From NCBI GenBank assembly GCA_051362555.1, contig CM120641.1, positions 19,530,001 to 19,594,000 of the forward strand: a stretch of 64,000 nucleotides of DNA. Reading direction: 5' to 3'. Source of the stretch: Lingula anatina (taxonomy: Eukaryota > Animalia > Brachiopoda). The notes under the pieces are model-generated. The model was not told where the DNA came from. It saw nothing but the letters and a program-made list of their open reading frames with translations, and ran no database searches. Below, piece by piece: positions 1-13,647 of this stretch (positions are counted from its first letter, which is position 1; the number at the start of each line of letters is the position of its first letter). A program made the translations under genes and the position numbers.

Positions 1-1904
1 CTGTACCCTATGGGACTTTTTTTTTGTACCTGGCCCTCCATTCAAGTTGTTTGTGACTGATTCAGCTCTGCCAGGCTTGAATACATTTGTATGGTAGGTG
101 CTTCAGAACTGTGAGCCCACCCAGGAATCTTTTAATTCACGTCACTGGAAGTAACATTATCCCTTCACTGCTGATAAGACATGGTCAAAAAAGGCAACAG
201 AGGAGATAGCAATAACTTCTGTTGTGCTCCTCTCTTTGTTTTGACCGGGCAATATCTTTGCTGCCAGTCATACTTTGATAATTGGATGAAAATGTGTTGT
301 TTTTTCTTCCTCCGTTATTACTCCTGGTTGTCTTGTATAAAACATGTTTTCTATTTTTACAGCTTGGTGTTTTCACCAAGACAAATAGTTTGGAACCTCA
401 GAACATCGGGTTGCATGGAGATAAGATGATGGCATGTTGTTGTGGTTATGGATTTTAGACATAATCATTTTTATAGAGTTGGAGCCAAAAAAGAGAAAGT
501 CATTTTAAATCCTATATTGTTATACATCATCAGACTCTTTTTGTACAGGTTACTCATGTTTTGATTCGACACTTTGGTCTACAGTCAAATAGTTTAATTA
601 GTTTAATTTACTAGAGCCATATTTATAGTAATTTTTTCTGTGAAAGGCAACATTCAGTTTCATTTTCTTTGCACTGTTACTGTATAAACCTCAATCTAAA
701 ATCTTTTTTTTTTTGTAAGCAAATTTTATGGGGAAAATGTGACCGTAAAGATGTTATTTTCATGACAAGAACAGCATATCTCACCCCTTGGACATTGCCT
801 ATCATATCAATTTCACTTCCTACAAGAAATCCAATAGAAAGGCTCACAATCATGAGTCACACAGCCCATAGAAAATAATCCATTAAACTGTGATATGTCA
901 CATGCTGGCTTTGCTTTTAGGGAAAGTCACAGAGAAAAGTTTGATGTCTTTACTATTGAGTACTCCTGCTGTGTCTCTTGGTTGTCCATTGGCTCAATGT
1001 ATCACATTCATGTAGTAGTAAACAGTGGGGGGCTCTCTGGCTGTATTGATGGCTATCACACAGCATATTCAGTGCCCTAGAGTCCTTGTTCAAGCTTCAT
1101 GGGACTTTTTGTGTTAAATGTGATTTTGTCTCTCTTTGCAGTGAATTTAATTTTGTAGCTTGTGTTCTCTGTTATACTGCCTCACTCTGTATAGCAGGAT
1201 ATTACAAGGGTTTTTATCACAATTGTTTGTGCTATTAATTGTGTTATTGTTGTGTAACATTGCTATTTATTATGCACGGCTGTCACCTTGATTGTTTAAT
1301 GAATCTTAAAACTACAGGAAATGACTCAATAATGTCACACTTGTGTTAATGCAAGAAAATTCAAATTGGGTTAGTATTTTCAACAAATATAATAGCCATA
1401 TGTACACCTTGGAGGTTGTAATATGTAGAGAAATTTTCCCTATAGTCTAGTACTTAACATTGTATTAATGAAACCAGTCATAGCCAGAAGAAATAGATTC
1501 CATAGTGTGGTTATACAAGGGTTGTCAGAGTTAGCATTATATTGTCACCCTGAAAGAACTATGTAATTGCATGTAATAGGAAGGAAATTGTCAAATTGTA
1601 TTCAGAAAGAATACAGGGAATACATGTGTATGTACTTCATATCACTGTCTGTTAGACATGTAAAAACACTCAGTCTCGTCAAAGTGGGTGAGCAGCTATA
1701 ATGATTATGTCAGTCCCATAAGATATAAATTGTAATAAAATGACGCATAGTAATGTAATGTTACAGTCCCACAACTTCCTGTTTTTTTTTTTAAGTTTTC
1801 AGTTATCTCCAAGACAATTTTGTTATGTGAAGTTAACTGTACACTGTGTACAGACTCAACTGAAATTGGACCAGTGAAAAATACTCAGTTGCCAAATTAT
1901 TTTT

Positions 1905-1907
<3 letters not shown>

Positions 1908-1950
<43 letters not shown>
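1908..1950. repeat. (CA)n microsatellite
   Basis: About 21 CA units, directly visible. Confidence 0.95.
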
Positions 1951-1951
<1 letters not shown>

Positions 1952-2246
1952 TTAGTTTAGATACATATTTAGTGAATGAAGATTGATATTCAGCATACAT
2001 TTGTCTCTGCCCTTCTCTTCAGTGTGGCTGTTTGATATCTATTATTTTAATTTCACTTTACAAAATAGCTTCTGAGAATTTTTTTCCAATTCATACACTT
2101 GATATATTATAGATTACCAAGTTTTATACATTAGAACATAAACATACCAGAGATTTCTGTAGAAAATAAACAAAAGTGGCTAAAAAAAAAAGACAGGATT
2201 GGCTACAAATAAAAGGTATATTAATTTGATTGTTGCCATATTTCAG

Positions 2247-5200
2247 GTGGTTGGATTCTTCAAGGTCCCTTATGGAACAGAATATCAGGGAGAACGACAC
2301 AGTCTTACTCAAATTCAAGTTTTACAGTTTCTATGACCTGAATCCAAAGGTAAGATTCCAGCAGACAGAAATGCTCTCAATATATGTGCACTTTCAAAGA
2401 ATTCTTGGAAAAGCATAGTTGGCCTTCATACTGTATGCATGTAAATGAATAAGGGTTCTCGGAAACTGATTCTCAGAGCAAATTAGAGTATAGTTACATA
2501 CAGACCACATATATTGTCTCAGTTTCATCTGTAACCAGTTAACACTGGTCAACATGTCATTGCTACAGGATTGAATAAGTAATTTATTGGCTCTTGTGCA
2601 TGAATACTGTGTAAATTATAGCATGGCAGCCCAAAACTTGACATTTCTGTTGTGACTTTTGGCTCAGAACAGGAAAACAACCAGACAACTACTATTTCCA
2701 TACCATACCATAAGTTTTCTTCATGTCTACTTTGTTTTTCTTATTGGAACATGAACTTCTGACAAAGTATCTTTGGGTTTTTAGGACTTATCTGATCAGT
2801 TTTATTGTTATGGGATATGTTTGGCCTTTGGAAGATCTGTCATCACTTATTTCCAAAATGATCTGTATGTTGAGTACTCTAAACATTGCACTAATCTTTG
2901 CTTCCCTGCTATCCAATCTAATACATTCATACCCTGTAATCAAATAAAGGTTGATCTTTCTGGGGCTTATACTGATAGAATGATCTGGAAAGTTTCTCTT
3001 TTTGTTTTGGAAATCTTCTGAAACTTGAGCTCTAAGATTTCCAGGTCTTTGAAAAAAGCTAAGGCAGCAATTGCACGTAATTTCTAGACATAACAATTTG
3101 ATAAAATCTGGCTTTCCAGTTGAAAGGTAGTTAATAGTTGAAAAACAGAATTAACAGCATTTATTATCTGTCCTTTAGAAACCATCTTGCATATAATGAA
3201 GGAAATTTGTATTTGCTTTTAGCATGGGCTTGACTTGAGGTATTGAATGAAGGGAACCTTTGGAATTGATAATATTTTACACAGGTCTATAGTGTGTTGT
3301 CTGGAAAGGTTTTTCGAATATGGAAGCTTTTATCAGGATGTTTTCCTTCACAATTCCTTCCTGGGCTCAGTTTTCCTTTTAGTGTCTGTCTTGAGTGGAA
3401 AAGAATCTCGCAGCAGGAAATGGATGATGCAATGTCTTTTCCCAGTAATGTTCCATTTCAAATTGAAAAAGCTATACTTAATGATGCTTGAATAGAATAA
3501 GGGAATCTATTTTAGACTGACATTTGATTGTAAATCAATGAAGATCTGCATTTTGACTTTCAGTATGGTATTTTGTAATATCTTAGGGATCTCAACTTAC
3601 ACTCGAAAGGGCTTTGCTTATCGTCTTTCTATTGCAGCAGTTCTTAGTTGAAGTGAGAGAAAAAAAAACCCAGCAACATAATTATTGTGTACATTGAATT
3701 GCTTCTCCATTATGTGGATCAAATGTGAATGAATGAAATTGGAGACTTTTTAATTTGTATAACATAACATTATTATAACATAATTCAAAGAGAAAATGTC
3801 ATTAAGTTACAAAAATGGTTGAAGGTTAAAGAAATTTTGTGAAGTCTAGAAGAGCCTCTGTTAGAGAGTACAGAAACTGCACAGTCTGAATATGTAATGG
3901 TACATAATGCATGCTCTTTTTGTACCCACACCCTGTTAAAATACAATTTGATTTCATGTATATGCATGATTTCTTGAAATTATTGGGTAAAAAGAATAAG
4001 AAGAGCTTAGTATGGTGTAGAGACTCAGCTGGTTTGTGATTGCCTGTTAGAACCGATTGTTGAATCTTGCTCTCTTTTGTTTACAGTACGATGCAGTGAG
4101 AATTAACCAAATCTACGAGCAAGGCAAGTGGGCATTGATTTCAGAGGAAATTGACTGCACAGAGGAGGAAATGATGATGTTTGCTGCTCTTCAGGTATGA
4201 CTGATGGTTACATTTAATCCTGTTTATTTTTCCTGGCAATCTCACATTGGGGGTTGACTGCTCTCTAAGGCATCAGCAGTCCACTTTTTATCAGTCTCTT
4301 CTTCAAAGACCCATGCTGAAGTAGGGCTAGCTGTCCAAGCTTGTTGGTTTAACCTTTTCTGCAATAACTTTATGTAAAAGCTTTTTGGAAATGTGCAATA
4401 ATGTGCTAATGAAAGCTGTTAAAATCCTTTAATCTGTCAGCTACCTTTGATGTTGCTTTCCTTTCATCATTGATTTTTCTCCGTTTTGTTGTTTTGTTAT
4501 TAATGAAAGAACAGTTTATCTTACAAAGCATTATATTGAGCTGTTCTTAGGATGGATAAATGGATATAAGATTTGGTTATCTGTTTCCAAGTTAATCACC
4601 TAAACTTATGTGGTTCTTGAAATAACAAAATACAATCCAAATAGATAATGATGTTGTCTTATAGTGTGACAATATTTTATTTTGTTTCATTATTGTACCA
4701 CCAGCGTTAGCGCTGGCGGTACACATGGTTTCGGTCCCGTCCGGATCGTTCCGCCGGCTCCGCCGGCTCCGCCGGTTCCGCCGGCTCCGCCGGCTCCGCC
4801 GGACGGCTACCGTTACCGCTTCTCCTCCTAGACGGTAAGGGCCCCCGTACCCATCTCTTGGATTTAGGTCACCTATAATCTCAACTCGTTCCACGTAAAA
4901 TTTGGGCTTTGTCGGTATTGGGGTCTAGGTGTGGCACTCATTGCAATGCACCCTTGTCTAAAAATGGCAAAATTAAATGCTAATTATCTACCCTACGGAA
5001 GGAATTATGGGAAAAATTTCTACAGACGGCTTTCCAAAAGTCATATGTGTAGATTTCAAATATGCCCTTGGATTTGACCTTTGACCTTTATTTCAAGGTC
5101 AAACGGGCCAAAATTTTCAAAAAAATTAATTTTTTTACGAAAAAAAAATTATTTGCCCTGTTATTCAGACACCACACAGACTTAACCAAAAATATTATTG

Positions 5201-8200
5201 GAAGTTGTTACCCTTCAGGTCATCTTTCATCTCCGTGAATTTGGGGTCAATCGGTGCATTTTCACGGGAGTAGCGGCCATAAGATACTGAAACTGAAAAC
5301 TGTCTCTAATTCGGGAACCGTTAATGCTAGAGACCCATTCTTTTTTGCATTTTGTAGAGCATGTAAAGCCCAACACTGGAGGTGGTCTCCGTTTTTTTGT
5401 ATTCCATACGGTTTTCGAGTTACGCTGTATCAAAAAGTACATATTGGTGGTGAAAGCAAAATGTGCAGTACGGTAATGGATAATAAATTTTGAACTCCAG
5501 AAAAATAAAACATAAGGCTTGGCAAAGCAGACAACTCATGGTCAAAAATGACATTATTTCATCAAATTTGAACTTCTGGAACTTCAGAGCACCTCCCATT
5601 TCAAGAATTTTGACCAAAATTACCTTTTCTTTATTTTAATTAATTTTTTTCTGTAGGAAATTTATGGCACATTATGGTAACTCCAAAATTATAACATTTA
5701 GTCCCTTATATCTCCAAAACTGGCAGAGATAGGTCCATAGTTACTATTGAAGTTGAATAGGAAGTCATATACTGGCAATCTTACTGTGACCTTGAAATTG
5801 ACCTTTGACCTACTTTTCACCATGAACTGAACTTTGCAAATTTTGCTTCCCTTTTATCTACAAAACTGGCAGAGATATGTCCATAGTTACTATTGAACTT
5901 GAATAGGAAGTCATATACTGGCAATCTAAATGTGTCCTTAAAATTGACCTTTGACCTACTTTTCACCATGAACTGAACTTTGCAAATTTTGCTTCCCTTT
6001 TATCTCCAAAACTGGCAGAGATAGGTCCATAGTTACTATTGAACCTGAATAGGAAGTCATATACTGGCAATCTAAATGTGACCTTGAAATTGACCTTTGA
6101 CCTACTATTCACCATGAACTGAACTTTGCAAATTTTGCTTCCCTTTTATCTCCAAAACTGGCAGAGATAGGTCCATAGTTACTATTGAACTTGAATAGGA
6201 AGTCATATACTGGCAATCTTACTGTGACCTTGAAATTGACCTTTGACCTACTTTTCACCATCAACTGAACTTTGTAAATTTTGCTTCCCTTTTATCTCCA
6301 AACCTGGCAGAGATATGTCCATGGTTACTATTGAACTTGAATAGGAAGTCATATACTGGCAATCTTACTGTGACCTTGAAATTGACCTTTGACCTACTTT
6401 TCACCATCAACTGAACTTTGTAAATTTTGCTTCCCTTTTATCTCCAAACCTGGCAGAGATATGTCCATGGTTACTATTGAACTTGAATAGGAAGTCATAT
6501 ACTGGCAATCTTACTGTGACCTTGAAATTGACCTTTGACCTACTTTTCACCATGAACTGAACTTTGCAAATTTTGATTCCATTTTATCTCCAAAACTGGC
6601 AGAGATATGTTGATAGTTACCATTGAAGTTGAATAGGAAGTCATATACTGGCAATCTTACTGTGACCTTGAAATTGACCTTTGACCTACTTTTCACCATG
6701 AACTGAACTTTGCAAATTTTGCTTCCCTTTTTTCTCCAGCACTGGCTGAGATAGGTCCATAATTACTATAGAACTTGAATAGGAAGTCATATACTGGCAA
6801 TCTAAATGTGACCTTAAAATTGACCTTTTACCTACTTTTCACCATGAACTGAACTTTGCAAATTTTGCTTCCCTTTTATCTCCAAAGTTACGCTGTATCA
6901 AAAAGTACATATTGGTGGTGAAAGCAAAATGTGCAGTACGGTAATGGATAATAAATTTTGAACTCCAGAAAAATAAAACATAAGGCTTGGCGAAGCAGGC
7001 AACTTGTGGTCAAAAAAAAATAACATTATTTCATCAAATTTGAACATCTCGAACTTCAGAGCACCTCCCATTTCAAGAATTTTGACCAAAATGACCTTTT
7101 CTTTATTTTAATTATTTTTTTCTGTAGGAAATTTATGGCACATTATGGTAACTCCAAAATTATAACATTTAGTCCCTTATATCTACAAAACTGGCAGAGA
7201 TATGTCCATAGTTACTATTGAAGTTGAATAGGAAGTCATATACTGGCAATCTTACTGTGTCCTTAAAATTGACCTTTGACCTACTTTTCACCATAAACTG
7301 AACTTTGTAAATTTTGCTTCCCTTTTATCTCCAAAACTGGCAGAGATAGGTCCATAGTTACTATTGAAGTTGAATAGGAAGTCATATACTGGCAATCTAA
7401 ATGTGACCTTAAAATTGACCTTTGACCTACTTTCCACCATGAACTGAACTTGCAAATTTTGCTTCCCTTCTATCTCCAAAGTTACGCTGTATCAAAAAGT
7501 ATATATTGGTGGTGAAAGCAAAATGCGCAGTACGGTAATGGATAATAAATTTTGAACTCCAGAAAAATAAAACATAAGGCTTGGCAAAGCAGACAACTCA
7601 TGGTCAAAAATGACATTATATCATCAAATTTTAACATCTCGAACTTCAAGACACTTCCCATTTCAAGAATTTTGACCAAAATTACCTTTTCTTTATTTTA
7701 ATTAATTTTTTCTGTAGGAAATTTATGGCACATTATGGTAACTCCAAAATTATAACATTTAGTCCCTTATATCTCCAAAACTGGCAGAGATAGGTCCATA
7801 GTTACTATTGAAGTTGAATAGGAAGTCATATACTGGCAATCTTACTGTGACCTTGAAATTGACCTTTGACCTACTTTTCACCATGAACTGAACTTTGTAA
7901 ATTTTGCTTCCATTTTATCTCCAAAACTGGCAGAGATAGGTCCATAGTTACTATTGAAGTTGAATAGGAAGTCATATACTGGCAATCTTACTGTGACCTT
8001 GAAATTGACCTTTGACCTACTTTTCACCATGAACTGAACTTTGCAAATTTTGATTCCCTTTTATCTCCAAAACTGGCAGAGATAGGTCCATAGTTACTAT
8101 TAAACTTGAAAAGGAAGTCATATACTGGCAATTTACTGTGACCTTGAAATTGACCTTTGACCTACCTTACGATGAATTAACTTTGATTGTACCATTTTAA

Positions 8201-11200
8201 AATAAAAATTTTTTTTTGCATATTTTGAAAATTCTTGTTGATTGCATTTTTACAGCTTGTCAAGCACAAGACTGGTGGCTGTGTCCCTTACTTTGTGTAT
8301 GTGGGGGTCTATACGAATGCGCTTGCTCCAGCTGGTGGTACAATATTCGGAGGCGGTATCGCCTCTCTGATCCTCTAGTTTTATTTTAATCTTCAGCTCC
8401 AAGTTTCTCTGAGGGCTAACACTGACCAACCAGATGGGGACCAGTCCAATTCTACCAATGAGGAAGGAGATGACATCGATGCTGCTCTAACTGACCTCCA
8501 GGTGTCACTAGAGGGCTCTCACATCACATCACCAGGGGATATAACCAGGATACCCGAGCTGCAAGATTACCTCAAGTTCTTCAAGTAAGATTAGAAGGGG
8601 TAGTAGGTGGAAACTCTTGCAGCTGTTTACCTAGCTTGTCCTTGTTAAATGTTTAAAATTCCATCATGATGCAATTCCACATAATTCAGCTTATTCCTCA
8701 GTAATGAATTTAAATTATAAGAAATGGAGATTTTTGTCTTGCACCAGTTTTAAAAAACTAATGCTGTCTCATACTATAAAAACTATAACATAGCTCTTGT
8801 ATATGATGCTTTAGGAAACAAAAATGTACATTTTTTTGCTTATGTACTGTATTTTGTTGTTTCATTTTCAGGCCTAAGAAATTGACATTTAAGTCATTCA
8901 AGAAGTACTGGTTTGCATTCAGGGACACACATCTTGTGATGCACAAGAGTAAAGAAACCACGAATGGACAGCCCTTGATGAGGGTCAACTTGAAAGGTAG
9001 AACAAGTGTTTATAGGAGAGAAATTTGTTTTTATTAAGACTCAAAATTTACTGGGATATGAAAAGTGTGTATGTTTAAGCTCTGAATAGCCAAGTTTCTT
9101 GATGACATCCAGGTACATATTTCCGAACAATTTTTCAACACATGCCCACAGAACTAAACTTCCCTTCAAGACTTATTTCTAAAATATATCATATCTTTAA
9201 TTTCTATTCTTAGTTTGTCGTATTTTGATAGATTTAACTATATTTAACTATATGCATATCAGCATCTAATTCAAATTCTTTCTTAAAATCTAACCATATT
9301 TTAACTCAATGGATAACATCCAATCATGCTATCAATTTAGATAATACAAAGTAAATAGGAAATGAGAATTGCAACCTTTCATTAGTAGACTCACATTAAG
9401 CAAAAATGTGAATTCCTCCTTATCATTAGTAGGCTAATAAAACTACCATTGATGGTTCATTCATATGATATGATCACTCTTTCAGGATGTGAAGTTCAAC
9501 CAGATATTAACATCACATCTCAAAAGTATGGAATAAAGCTTTTTATTCCGGGGCCTGATGGAATGCAAGAAGTATGGATCAGATGTGAAACAGTAAGTTT
9601 ATGTTTTAGCTCCACTGGTATTATTTAGTATCAAGAAATGGTGCACCAGGCTTTTTGGATAAAAATGTTTAACTGAAGTCAATCACATCAATCATATCTT
9701 TATGTTTTAGACCAATGCTTACTTTCTGTTAGTGACTACTCTGGACTTATTTTGGACTTTAGTAGACCAAATTTCTGGGCTAGAATGGTACTAATTTTCG
9801 AGTTAAAGTTCTTTTGTGAAACTGACCCCAATTCATCATTTGCTGTTCATATCCTCTCATGGCATTACATGATAGTCTACTTGTCTTTTCATGTTCACTT
9901 TTGGCAAATTATTTTAAATTCTTTACCTTAAAATGATGCATGAAGAAAGATTACACAAACAAATATTTCACGTTCTTTACATAAATCCTTTTTACAAACA
10001 TAGAGAGAGCCCATACATATGCCCTCAATGAAATGAATATTGAGTGCAACACAAATTTTCTTGAAATGTTCTTGCTCTACTCAAAGAAAAAAAAAACATT
10101 GTTAAGAGCTTGTGACTTTTTTATGATGGAAATTTTAACTCTGTAAATTAACTAACATGTGAAACCCTAAACTAAAAAATATGTATAAACATATATTTAA
10201 TTTTTAATTCCCCTTCCAGGAAGACCAGTATGCCAAATGGATGGCAGCATTCAAACTGGCCTCGAAAGGCAAAACTATGGCAGATTCTACATATGAGACA
10301 GAAGTCCAGTCCATCCAAGCCTTTTTAAGTATGCAGCGTCCAGCCCCTGCACCTGCGGTCAACCCAAACCAGCTAGACATAAACCCAGAAGACTATGTGG
10401 CACCAAGATTCTTTAAAAAGTTCAAAACAAAACAGGTAGATAAGGAAATTTAAATTGAATAGCCAGTTATTCAGCATTTCTTTTCTACACTATAGTAATG
10501 TAGTTATATTTTATAACTTTTATACTTAAAGATGTGTGAACAGAGCATGTTGAATTTGAGTGCATGAGAAAGTTGGGAAACTTCTATTTTGCTTCGTATA
10601 CAAATTGTTAAGTGAGAATGACGATGACGAAATGTCATGAGGTAAGATTTCCTTGTTTTTTTTATTCCAGCTCGTGCAGAGAATAGTTGACAGTCATGCA
10701 AATGTGCGGGATATGACATTGACAGAAGCCAAGCTCAACTTTATCAAGGCATGGCAGGCCCTGCCTGAGTTTGGCATCACCTACTTCCTTGTCAAGTTCA
10801 GAAATAACAGGAAAGAGGTAGGAGATGATGCATTTTTTTTTAAATAAATAAATAAATATATTTATTTATTAATGTGAAGAAAATGATGTGGGTGTGGTTG
10901 AAAAGGGATCAAATTTGTAAAGTTGTTTTTTAAAACTCTGTTTAAGTAAAAGAAAATGAAAAAAACTGTATAATTAATACTTAGTTGGTATTGTTGCCTT
11001 CAATTTGGATGTTATTCAGATGTGAACTGCTTTCTGACAGAATACATTTTTGTCTTCTTCAGGAGCTTGTTGGTATTGCTCACAACAGAATCATGAAGAT
11101 GGACCTCAGCAACGGAGATTGCTTGAAGACGTGGCGGTACAGTACAATGAAAGCATGGAACGTAAATTGGGAAGTCCGCGAGGTGCTTGTGCAATTTGAG

Positions 11201-11353
11201 GAAGAAGAAGTGGCCTTCAAGTCACCATATGCAGACTGTAAAATTATACATGAATTCATAGGAGGATACATTTTCTTATCCATGCGATCTAGTGACAAAA
11301 ATCAGACATTGGACCAGGAAATGTTTTTCAAGCTCACTGGTGGTTGGTCTTGA
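2247..11353 (+). CDS. FERMT: Kindlin / fermitin family (UNC-112-related) FERM-PH protein, 3' eight coding exons; 5' part lies upstream of the window
   Basis: Phase-consistent GT-AG exons 2247-2349, 4087-4194, 8397-8584, 8872-8996, 9486-9592, 10220-10435, 10671-10817, 11063-11353. Kindlin motifs: [102 protein letters not shown]. Confidence 0.96.
4691..8380 (+). mobile_element. Non-autonomous Helentron-type element (HINE/DINE-1-like) with internal tandem array, in a kindlin intron
   Basis: 5' subTIR TATTGTACCACCAGC (4691-4705) is the exact reverse complement of GCTGGTGGTACAATA (8331-8345). Nearby partner GCTGGCGGTAC (4712-4722) forms a 5' stem-loop. GC-rich 9-bp repeat (CCGCCGGCT)x6 at 4751-4803. 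3' hairpin GAGGCG-GTAT-CGCCTC (8350-8365), terminal CTAG-TT, T-rich insertion site, no TSD. Confidence 0.88.
5419..8165 (+). repeat. Higher-order tandem array: 146-bp unit A (~12.7 copies) plus ~297-bp block B (3 copies), arranged B-A8-B-A2-B-A2.7
   Basis: Unit A starts at 5716, 5862, 6008, 6154, 6300, 6446, 6592, 6738, 7187, 7333, 7777, 7923, 8069. Block B (GTTACGCTGTATCAAAAAG...) starts at 5419, 6887, 7481. Confidence 0.95.
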
Positions 11354-13424
11354 GGATCTTCCCTGACAAAGACTGCTAAACAAGTTTGTGTCCTTCTAAA
11401 TGTAAATTGATCAGTTGGCTGCCAAACATTTCTCAATTTTACTGTATCTTAAGTTTGGGATCGCTATGTATTTTCCATGGGGAATGAAAGAAAATAAAAA
11501 AGGTGATTTCACATGTAATAGAAGTTCATATACACTTTTAGTCTTTGCCAAAGCTGTCAGTGCAGTCTTCGGTCAAATGAACATTGAAGTAAAAACAGTC
11601 TTAGAAAGTTATGGACAGGCAGCAAAGATACAATTACAGACAATGTAAATAAACCCTTCACTGAAAAAAGAGATGCTTGGAATGGAACATTATAAGTGAT
11701 ATTGAACAGTTGTACACTTTATGTTAAAAATTAAATGATATTCCAGGAGTATTATTCCTGATGGAACCGACAGATAGAATGGCTGCTGGAGATTGGATGT
11801 AGTCTTATGCTTGCAATTCTGTATTTGCAGTATCCTTGGTGTAGCTGAATTTTCATACGTATGTGAATGGCCTTTCTGGTTACCCTCATTATTTGTACAT
11901 ATGCAACAATGTAGCAGGTAACTGTTTCAAACTACTTTACTGAAGATGGTATGTAAAGAGAAGCTTACAACTAACAAAAGCCACAATTGTTAAAATGCTG
12001 CTTTCATATAATATACTTGTTTTTCTTTGTTCACCATGGTAGACAAGTTTATGATATTTAGGATGGATATGGAAGAGGGAAATTCAGACCATTTGCTGGT
12101 TTGTTTATAAGATACAAAGTAAGAAAAAAGCAGGTTGAGTCGGATTCTTGACAGTTTTCATGTTATGTGTAAAAATTTTAACTGATAGCTCTTATTTATT
12201 TGATTGACATAAAGACATATAAGTCCAAAGGGGAAGTGAAAAGAATTAGTTGATCCTCCCTGCACTTGAGTGGTGTGTGACTTGTTTCCCTTTTGTTACA
12301 TTACTGTGCAGGTTATTGTTATGAATTATGCAGTTTGTTACTTTTTAGAAGGAGAAAAAATGGAGAAAAAAAAGACATGGTGCTCACCAGAATAGGAGCT
12401 GTATAGTGTAAATTCCTAGAAACTGGATTCAAATTTTATATTATTTTTATAAATAATGTTATTAGGTCATGCCAGTGTGCCAATTGAAACACACTGGTAT
12501 GTTACCTTCAGTTTGTCCACATAGATTACTTATCAAAAAAAGTCCCAACTAATCTTTAGCCCTCCCATATATACATACATTAAAGGGATACATATAAAAA
12601 AGGTTAGTTCTCTTAGAACTTGTAGACATTGTCATTAAGGTATTACTAGAAAGTGCAGACTGTCGAAGGACTTTAACACCCATCAATTTTTCCAAACATA
12701 AAGTAAGTAAATATATTTTAGAATTACTTCAGCATGTTACTGATGATACTATCATTTATGCATTTCTAATTATTTATATCATTATGAAAATATTATTACA
12801 TTGATTTTCATTATTGATCATTGATAGGAAAGTACTCGTTTGTACTGAAAAAAATGAAAAGGGAGTTAGATTTCCCTTTTTACCATTGCTATTTTATTTC
12901 TTCTGTGGCAGAGTGTTTATAGATAAGGGATTAATAAAATGCTTTGTCAGGTCACAGTACAAGTTTTGGTGTAAAATGTGAGCCTTTTTGTGCAAAGCAT
13001 CAACTTATGTGACCCAAACCACTTATTTGATGTAACGATCTGAAATTAACAACTTCCGTCTATTTATTAAGTGAATACTGCCTATATTAGTGCCTTGGCT
13101 TTAAATTATGCCATGTTTATGCATTTAAGCCTGATTTCTCTCTCTCTCTCTCTCTTTCTTTGAAAGGGATATAAAAGGATACTTTAATTATTTTATAGCA
13201 ATCCTTACGTTGTACTGCATTTGTTATTTGGTATACACATTATTTGACAAAATCACCAACCAGCAAGAATGGTGTCTTATAGTAGAACTGATGTGTGATG
13301 TGTTGTCTCACATTTATCACTCATAACAATTATTATCATTACTATTATTAGTATTATTTTATATTGAATTTTTTGGGAATGTACATATATTTGAAGTTCT
13401 TTTTGAAACCTGTACAGCTATCAA

Positions 13425-13430
13425 AATAAA
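13425..13430 (+). terminator. Candidate polyadenylation signal for kindlin (~2.1-kb 3' UTR)
   Basis: AATAAA followed by a T-rich tract, at the end of an AT-rich CpG-poor trailer. Confidence 0.5.
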
Positions 13431-13478
13431 AATAATAATCTGACAATTGACTCCTTGTATATTAATTTTCATTTTTGT

Positions 13479-13482
<4 letters not shown>

Positions 13483-13535
<53 letters not shown>
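13483..13535. repeat. (TA)n microsatellite
   Basis: About 26 units, between the kindlin 3' end and the convergent orphan gene. Confidence 0.95.
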
Positions 13536-13536
<1 letters not shown>

Positions 13537-13647
13537 TACCGCCCGTTATAAGCTTTTGTACGTAAATCTTGTGGGACGGATTGCAGTAGAGCGTATGACA
13601 AAATGGATGTGTTAGTTGTGATGATAAGCGCGCAATGGAATTCCACG

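Noticed and set aside
4592-7679. Repeated short ORFs (MVKILEMGG..., RRSRRSRRN...) as genes or transposase
   Set aside because: They are translations of block B, unit A and the 9-bp repeat. No Rep/helicase or transposase motifs are present.
5716-8165. Regular repeat array as a CRISPR locus
   Set aside because: Units are contiguous 146-bp near-identical repeats with no unique spacers, there are no cas genes, and the context is a eukaryotic intron.
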